Source: Nitrospirota bacterium (GTDB lineage: Bacteria > Nitrospinota_A > UBA7883). From it: a stretch of DNA of 64,000 bases. Where the stretch lies: assembly GCA_024275315.1 (NCBI GenBank), contig JAJRZK010000049.1, positions 74,577-138,576 on the forward strand, in the 5' to 3' direction. Positions 58,282 to 64,000 of this stretch are shown in pieces. The notes under the pieces were generated by a model. That model searched no databases. It worked only from the letters and a program-made list of their open reading frames with translations, and was not told the origin of the DNA. The first letter of the stretch is position 1. Every line of letters starts with the position of its first letter. Position numbers and translations under genes: made by a program.

Positions 58282-58379
58282 ACCTGTCGCGGGTGTGAAC
58301 CTGTCGCGGGTGTGAACCTGTCGCAGGTGTGAACCTGTCGCGGGTGTGAACCTGTCGCAGGTGTGAACCTGTCGCGTCG
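58267..58379. repeat. 17-bp tandem repeat (about 6.6 copies) beginning inside the last codons/stop of dgt
   Basis: 'cctgtcgcgggtgtgaa' x6 (two copies carry a g>a change), then a partial unit. The first unit contains the dgt stop codon TGA. Confidence 0.85.
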
Positions 58380-58597
58380 GCTGTTTTGACATGGATGGAA
58401 TTTCATACGACAATATAACAGACGACAACGCGTAAAGAAGTTAAACAAGATACGGCGGGGTTGCAGTGTAGAATATGCGGATATGTCCAAAACGCGGGGC
58501 GTTACCAACGCGGGGCGTTACCCGAGCTTGTCCCCGGGCGGCGTAGACGTTTAAGAGTTCATGGTGACATGCAGGACCAATCGATCGTGACAGACTG

Positions 58598-58834
58598 ATG
58601 CCGAATGATAAAATGGTGGAGCAGGAACTGCTTTTAATACTCGAAGAGGCCATAAAAGAGGAAATAGCCTCTGCGGCCAGGTATCGCCGGGGGGAGAAGC
58701 TGGCCACCCATCCGGAAATGAAGTCCATGTTCAAAAAGCTGACCGAAGAAGAGGTGATGCACGAACAGGCGCTCAAGGAGCGCTATTACGCCATCAAGAA
58801 AAAGCTCGGTCTCAAACTTATGCACGATCAATAA
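58598..58834 (+). CDS. Small helical protein, possibly ferritin-like/rubrerythrin-like (hypothetical)
   Basis: 78 aa with paired 'E..A' / 'EE..H' spacing reminiscent of diiron ferritin-like helices. Weak evidence. Confidence 0.3.
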   Translation: MPNDKMVEQELLLILEEAIKEEIASAARYRRGEKLATHPEMKSMFKKLTEEEVMHEQALKERYYAIKKKLGLKLMHDQ

Positions 58835-58890
58835 CGTCCCCTGCTGATTCGCCCAATGACCTGGCAAGCCCTGTTGCAACATTCCGGGAG

Positions 58891-59358
58891 ATGACGACCA
58901 TGGCCACGCAACTGACGATGATCGGTGTGGTCGGTTCCGGCTCCTGTGGGCGGGAAACATGGGACATGGCTTTTGAAGTTGGCGAACTGATAGCGCAAAG
59001 AGGGGCCGCGCTGGTATGCGGCGGGTTGGGCGGTGTCATGGAGGCCGCATCCGCCGGGGCGGCGGGCAAAGGCGGCCTTACCATCGGGATACTTCCAGGG
59101 CCCGCTCTTGCCGACTGCAACCCCTACATCCAGGCGCCCATCCCGACGGACCTTGGTCACGCCAGGAACATTGTGCTGGTCAACGCCGCCCGCGCCATTG
59201 TCGCGCTGTCCGGGGAGTATGGCACATTGTCGGAAATATCCATCGCCCTGAAGCTGAAAAAACCGGTGGTCGCACTGGATAGCTGGGAGGAGATAAAAGG
59301 TGTTGTCAGGGCCACCACGCCAAAACGAGCAGTTGAGAAAGTTTTTGAACTTATTTAG
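58891..59358 (+). CDS. TIGR00725/LOG-family Rossmann-fold protein
   Basis: 'IGVVGSGSCG...ALVCGGLGGVMEAASAGA...IGILP' pattern of LOG/DprA-like lysine-decarboxylase-like proteins. Confidence 0.6.
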   Translation: MTTMATQLTMIGVVGSGSCGRETWDMAFEVGELIAQRGAALVCGGLGGVMEAASAGAAGKGGLTIGILPGPALADCNPYIQAPIPTDLGHARNIVLVNAARAIVALSGEYGTLSEISIALKLKKPVVALDSWEEIKGVVRATTPKRAVEKVFELI

Positions 59359-60082
59359 AAAAAACCGGCTCGTATTCATCGTCGCCATATCGACATGCCT
59401 GCTCTATGGATCGTGCGCGTCAAAAGATTCGATCCGCAAGCGAAGGTATGAGCGTCCCTCGGCTTCATCGTCCCAGCAATCTGCGGTTCGGCACAAGTAT
59501 CACGTAATCAAAAAAGGCGAGACACTCTACGGAATCGCGAAAAAATACGGTGTTTCCGTCAAGGAGATACAGCGGATCAACCGTATCAAAGACGCGCGTG
59601 ACATAGATGTCGGGAGAAAAATATACATACCCCGGCGCTCGAAAAGCGTATCCTCCAGGCCAAAACGCGTCGTTAAACCAAAATATACCTCCCCGAAAGC
59701 GTCTGTTCGATTTGTCTGGCCGGTAAAAAGGGTGGATATCTCCTCCCGGTACGGAGCCAGGACCAACGGAAGACATGATGGAATAGATTTAAGAGCGAGA
59801 AAAGGGACCCCCATATACGCGGCCGCCAGGGGCAAGGTGATTTTTTCCGGAACCGGGCCGACCGGCTACGGCAAGATGATCATCATCAAGCATGACAAAC
59901 GGACGATCACCATTTACGCCCACAACCAGAGGAACCTGGTGAAAAAAAACCGGTTCGTCAAAAGGGGGCAAAAAATCGGCGAGGTGGGCCGTTCCGGCAG
60001 GGCCACGGGGTACCACGTTCACTTTGAGATAAGGATAAACCGAAAACCGGTCAACCCGGAAAAATACCTCCCCCGCCGCTGA
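59333..60082 (+). CDS. LysM + M23 peptidase lipoprotein (NlpD-like)
   Basis: LysM 'YHVIKKGETLYGIAKKYGVSVKEIQRIN'. M23 'HDGIDL...GYG..I.I.H....TIYAH...GQ.IG.VG.SG.ATG.HVHFE'. Start is ambiguous; the TTG at 59333 gives a lipoprotein-like signal. Confidence 0.75.
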   Translation: MRKFLNLFRKNRLVFIVAISTCLLYGSCASKDSIRKRRYERPSASSSQQSAVRHKYHVIKKGETLYGIAKKYGVSVKEIQRINRIKDARDIDVGRKIYIPRRSKSVSSRPKRVVKPKYTSPKASVRFVWPVKRVDISSRYGARTNGRHDGIDLRARKGTPIYAAARGKVIFSGTGPTGYGKMIIIKHDKRTITIYAHNQRNLVKKNRFVKRGQKIGEVGRSGRATGYHVHFEIRINRKPVNPEKYLPRR

Positions 60083-60335
60083 AGCGTATATGTAAAATAT
60101 TACCTTTCTTATGCTGATTAATACCTTTGTTCCGGCCCGTAAAACCGCCGTTTCCGGCGTTGTTTTCCTCTTGACATTTAACCTGAAAAATAACAGAATT
60201 TGCTTTCCTCTGCGCAATCTGAATCGGGGCGAGGTTTCGCCGGCCGCAGGGGCGAAGGCGGCGCCTGGACGTCATCGAGGATTGCGCCGGATGGAATATT
60301 ATTACCCTGTTTGCGGCGTGGTGGTGAGGCTTATC

Positions 60336-62279
60336 ATGGGACTTAACGTTACTCAAAAAATACTGAAAGACCATCTTGTAGAAGGCGAGTTGAAAGCTGG
60401 CGAAAAAATCGCCATACGTATTGACCAGACTCTCACACAGGACGCCACGGGTACCATGGCTTACCTGGAGTTTGAGACGCTGGGGGTTGCCAGGGTGAAG
60501 ACCAAGCTCTCGGTTTCCTATGTCGATCACAACACGTTGCAGACCGATTTTAAAAACGCGGACGATCATCTGTACCTGCAATCCATCGCGGCGAAATACG
60601 GTATACATTTCTCCCGTCCCGGCAACGGCATCTGCCACCAGGTCCATCTGGAACGGTTCGGTGTCCCCGGGCAGACTCTTCTGGGGTCCGACAGCCACAC
60701 ACCCACCCAGGGCGGTATCGGCATGCTATCCATAGGCGCCGGAGGGCTGGACGTGGCCCTTGCCATGGCGGGCCAGCCATTTCACATGACCTGCCCGAAG
60801 GTTCTCAACGTTCGGCTTGAGGGCAAGCTCAGGCCCTGGGTGTCCGCCAAGGACATCATACTGGAGGTTCTCAGGCGGCTGTCCGTGAAGGGTGGTGTCG
60901 GCAAGGTAATAGAATATTCCGGACCGGCTGTGAAATCGCTGAGTGTGGCGGACCGGGCGACCATCACCAACATGGGAGCGGAGCTTGGCGCCACCACCTC
61001 TGTTTTCCCGAGCGACTCGAAAACCAGGGACTTTCTCAAGGCGCAGGGACGTGGAGAGAACTGGGTCGAGATCAAGGCGGATAAAAACTGTGAATATGAT
61101 GAGGGGATCGTCATCAGCCTCGACAAGCTCGATCCGATGGTGGCGCAACCGCACATGCCCGATAACGTTGTCGCAGTCAAGAAACTGAAGGGAAAGAAAG
61201 TTACGCAGGTGGCCATAGGGTCGTGCACCAACTCGTCGTATCGTGACCTGATGGTGGTGGCGAAAATGCTGAAAGGCAGGACCGTCCATCCCGGTCTGTC
61301 CCTGCTGGTGTCTCCCGGTAGCAAGCAGGTCTACAAGATGATATCCGACAATGGCGCGCTGGCGACCATGATAGAGGCTGGCGCCCGTATACTCGAGTCC
61401 GCCTGCGGCCCATGCATCGGGATGGGAGCGGCTCCCAACAGCGAAGGTGTGTCTGTAAGGACTTTCAACCGGAACTTCAAGGGAAGGTCCGGCACCGCCG
61501 ATGCGGGCATATACCTTGTCAGCCCGGAAACGGCGGCGGCCTGCGCCCTGACCGGGGCATTGTCGGACCCTCGCCATGTCGCCAAAAAGCTGGGGATAAA
61601 ACCGAAATCGATATCACTGCCGAAAAAATTCGATATCAATGACAACATGGTAATTTTTCCGATGAGTCCGGCCAAGTCGAAGAAAATAGAAATTGTCAGA
61701 GGCCCGAACATCGCCCCGTTGCCCAATTTCGATCCGTTGCCCGGCTCCCTGTCCGGCGTGGTTCTTCTCAAGACCGGCGACAACATCACAACGGACGACA
61801 TCATGCCCGCCGGAGCGAGAATTCTCCCGTTGCGGTCGAACATACCCGCCATTTCCGAGTTTGTTTTTGAACGGGTGGACAAGGAGTTTCCATCCCGGGC
61901 GAAAAACGTGTCGGGAGGATTCGTGATCGGCGGCGCCAACTATGGCCAGGGTTCCTCCAGGGAGCACGCGGCTATCGCGCCCAAATATCTGGGCGTCAAG
62001 GCGGTGATAGTAAAATCGTTCGCCAGGATTCACATGGCAAACCTGATCAACTTCGGTATATTGCCGCTTGTATTCAAGAACATATCCGACTACAACAAGA
62101 TAGACCAGGGCGACGAGCTCGAGGTGGACACATCGGAGTTGCATGGCGATATCATCGTTGTCAACAAAACCAAGGGAACGAGGATAGTGGTGACCCATTC
62201 GATGGGCCCCCGGGATATCGAGATGATGGCGGCCGGCGGCACGCTGGGATACGCCGCCTCCATGGCGGCTTCCTCGTGA
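60336..62279 (+). CDS. Aconitase-family hydratase (mitochondrial-type/putative aconitase)
   Basis: 'GICHQVHLE', 'GSDSHT', 'GSCTNSS', 'CGPCIGM', 'SREHAA' match aconitase Fe-S ligands and active-site motifs. GGTGAGG RBS. Confidence 0.85.
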   Translation: MGLNVTQKILKDHLVEGELKAGEKIAIRIDQTLTQDATGTMAYLEFETLGVARVKTKLSVSYVDHNTLQTDFKNADDHLYLQSIAAKYGIHFSRPGNGICHQVHLERFGVPGQTLLGSDSHTPTQGGIGMLSIGAGGLDVALAMAGQPFHMTCPKVLNVRLEGKLRPWVSAKDIILEVLRRLSVKGGVGKVIEYSGPAVKSLSVADRATITNMGAELGATTSVFPSDSKTRDFLKAQGRGENWVEIKADKNCEYDEGIVISLDKLDPMVAQPHMPDNVVAVKKLKGKKVTQVAIGSCTNSSYRDLMVVAKMLKGRTVHPGLSLLVSPGSKQVYKMISDNGALATMIEAGARILESACGPCIGMGAAPNSEGVSVRTFNRNFKGRSGTADAGIYLVSPETAAACALTGALSDPRHVAKKLGIKPKSISLPKKFDINDNMVIFPMSPAKSKKIEIVRGPNIAPLPNFDPLPGSLSGVVLLKTGDNITTDDIMPAGARILPLRSNIPAISEFVFERVDKEFPSRAKNVSGGFVIGGANYGQGSSREHAAIAPKYLGVKAVIVKSFARIHMANLINFGILPLVFKNISDYNKIDQGDELEVDTSELHGDIIVVNKTKGTRIVVTHSMGPRDIEMMAAGGTLGYAASMAASS

Positions 62280-62414
62280 TGGCGTGACCGGTGATGGCTC
62301 CCTGACGGGAGGCTGTTTTATCGGTAAAGCGTTGTCTGGCCCGGGTGATTGTTTTTTGCGGCGGGATATGATTTTCACGACGTTACTTCAACAAATATAA
62401 ACGGGGATGAAAAT

Positions 62415-63344
62415 ATGGCTAAAAAGAAAATAACCGTAATCGGCGCAGGACACGTGGGCGCCACCACCGCCCAACTGATCGCATACAAGAAACTGGGACA
62501 CGTGTATATAGTCGATGTGCTCGAAGGCCTCCCGCAGGGCAAGGCGCTGGACCTTATGGAATCGGCCCCGCTTGAAGATTTCGATTCCAGGGTTGTCGGC
62601 CTGAACTCCTACGAGGAAACCGCAAACTCGGACGTGGTGGTCATGACCGCAGGCCTGGCCAGAAAGCCAGGCATGACCCGTGAAGACCTGCGGGATAAAA
62701 ATGCGGTGATCGTAAAATCCTGTTGCGAGCAGATCATTAAATATTCTCCCAACTGTTTCATGATAGTCGTGACCAACCCTCTGGACACCATGACATGGGT
62801 CGCAAAAAAGTACACGGGGTTGGACAAACATCGCATTCTCGGCATGGCCGGGGTGCTCGACTCCACCCGGTTCCGGTCCTTCATCTCCATGGAGCTTGGC
62901 GTGTCCAACGAAGATGTCCACGCCACGGTGCTGGGTCTGCACGGCGAGGACATGGTGCCGATGCCGCGTTTTTCATCTGTGGCGGATATCCCGATCACCG
63001 AGCTGTTGTCCAAAGAAAAGATCGACGAGCTGGTCGAAAGGACCAAGCATGGCGGCGCGGAGGTAGTGAAGCTGTTAAAGACCGGATCGGCCTATTACGC
63101 GCCCGCTTCATCGGTGGTCAACATGGTCGAATCCATAATCCTGGAGAAAAACCGGATTATTCCAGCAGCCGCCTATCTCGAAGGGGAATATGGTATTCAC
63201 GGCATGTTCATGGGGGTGCCGGTGAGGCTGAACTGGTCTGGTATCGCCGATATTATCGAGCTTCCGTTGACAGACGAGGAAAACGCCGCTCTCCAGAAAT
63301 CCGCAAATGCGGTCAGGGAATCGATGGCCAACCTCAGCGTCTGA
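62415..63344 (+). CDS. mdh: Malate dehydrogenase (LDH-like family)
   Basis: 'KITVIGAGHVGAT', 'MTAGLARKPGMTRED', 'VTNPLD'. Confidence 0.9.
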   Translation: MAKKKITVIGAGHVGATTAQLIAYKKLGHVYIVDVLEGLPQGKALDLMESAPLEDFDSRVVGLNSYEETANSDVVVMTAGLARKPGMTREDLRDKNAVIVKSCCEQIIKYSPNCFMIVVTNPLDTMTWVAKKYTGLDKHRILGMAGVLDSTRFRSFISMELGVSNEDVHATVLGLHGEDMVPMPRFSSVADIPITELLSKEKIDELVERTKHGGAEVVKLLKTGSAYYAPASSVVNMVESIILEKNRIIPAAAYLEGEYGIHGMFMGVPVRLNWSGIADIIELPLTDEENAALQKSANAVRESMANLSV

Positions 63345-63377
63345 CCCCATGGCGAATAACGGCTGTCGGTTTTGTTT

Positions 63378-64000
63378 ATGACCGAGGCGGAAAAGGGCGA
63401 CACGAAAGAACTGGCGGAACGGATCCGGCTTCTCGAGGAGCAGTTTGAACTGCGCGATCTGGTGTTGTCGATCATATCCCACGACCTCAAATCCCCGGTG
63501 TCATCCATAGTCGGTTTGCTAAGGTTGCTGTTAAAATCCAAATCGGATAACCTGACCGCCCGGCAGGTGGAAATTATTGAAACGCTGGAGCGCTCCGCCA
63601 CAGCTCATATGGAACTGGTGGAGAATATCATTGAGTTATCCCGTTTATTGCGTGGTAAAATCCACCTGTCTCCATCATTGGTGGATCCGGCCGGGTTGAT
63701 TGCGGAAATCACCCGGAGGTATGAACCGCTGGCCAGGGACAAAAATATCGATCTTGTCTGCGAGCGATCGGATACGGTCAAGGTCCATGTCGATATAAAG
63801 ATGATCACCAGGGCCCTTGGAAGGATAGTTACAAACTCAATCTGGTTTACAAAACCGGGAGGCAGTGTGAAAATGACGGCCGAAAGCGTTGGCTCTGGCC
63901 ATGTGGCTTTCGTTGTGGTCGATACCGGCGTCGGTATAGAGCAAAACCGGCTTAAGGATATTTTCGACCTCAATCACAGATACTTTACGCTCGGTACAGC
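63378..64000 (+). CDS. Sensor histidine kinase, 5' portion (continues beyond the window)
   Basis: Not in the ORF track because there is no stop before the window end. Translation gives coiled coil + 'ISHDLKSP' HisKA H-box + the start of HATPase_c ('VVDTGVGI'). Confidence 0.75.
   Translation, partial: MTEAEKGDTKELAERIRLLEEQFELRDLVLSIISHDLKSPVSSIVGLLRLLLKSKSDNLTARQVEIIETLERSATAHMELVENIIELSRLLRGKIHLSPSLVDPAGLIAEITRRYEPLARDKNIDLVCERSDTVKVHVDIKMITRALGRIVTNSIWFTKPGGSVKMTAESVGSGHVAFVVVDTGVGIEQNRLKDIFDLNHRYFTLGT

Noticed and set aside
59300-59358. The M23/LysM gene start at 59300 overlapping 59 nt of the preceding gene
   Set aside because: An internal TTG at 59333 yields a proper lipoprotein signal ('MRKFLNLFRKNRLVFIVAISTCLLYGSCA'). 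The longer N-terminus is probably not translated.

Overview
This 64-kb window is dense with genes and moderately high in GC (about 55-60%), with one obvious low-GC insert. It looks like a bacterial chromosome from an anaerobe or microaerophile, given the many c-type cytochromes, a hemerythrin, selB and a tungsten/molybdopterin-type ergothioneine synthase. That reading of the organism is inference only.

Main blocks, left to right:
(1) A chemosensory locus (about 0.5-13.8 kb). On the minus strand it runs cheW, a ParA-like ATPase, a large CheA with two Hpt domains, two CheW-like domains and a C-terminal receiver, then cheB and a bacteriohemerythrin. A receiver-GGDEF gene lies convergent at its end. 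Divergent from it on the plus strand are a frameshifted porin-like gene, a small PstS-like periplasmic binding-domain protein, and two paralogous MCPs. One MCP has a periplasmic CXXCH (heme c) sensor domain and an 18-bp x6 tandem repeat at its 3' end.
(2) RtcB, a DEAD-box helicase and three separate non-coding tandem-repeat arrays (76 bp, 20 bp, 17 bp).
(3) A periplasmic thiol-redox/cytochrome c maturation-like cluster with unusual metal-binding features.
(4) tRNA-Asp, selB, and a MarR-CDGSH-YceI module.
(5) A low-GC single-gene island encoding an NDT/TIR-like domain protein. This is my top candidate for an undescribed defense gene.
(6) A minus-strand operon containing EgtD and a molybdopterin-oxidoreductase::cysteine-desulfurase fusion. 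This matches the recently described metallopterin-dependent ergothioneine synthase (MES), plus uncharacterised accessory genes.
(7) HD-GYP, pncAB, multiheme cytochromes, LPS glycosyltransferases, a type IV pilin, dGTPase, aconitase, mdh, and a histidine kinase truncated at the window end.

Coordinates derived by hand may be off by 1-3 nt. Start codons are predictions.
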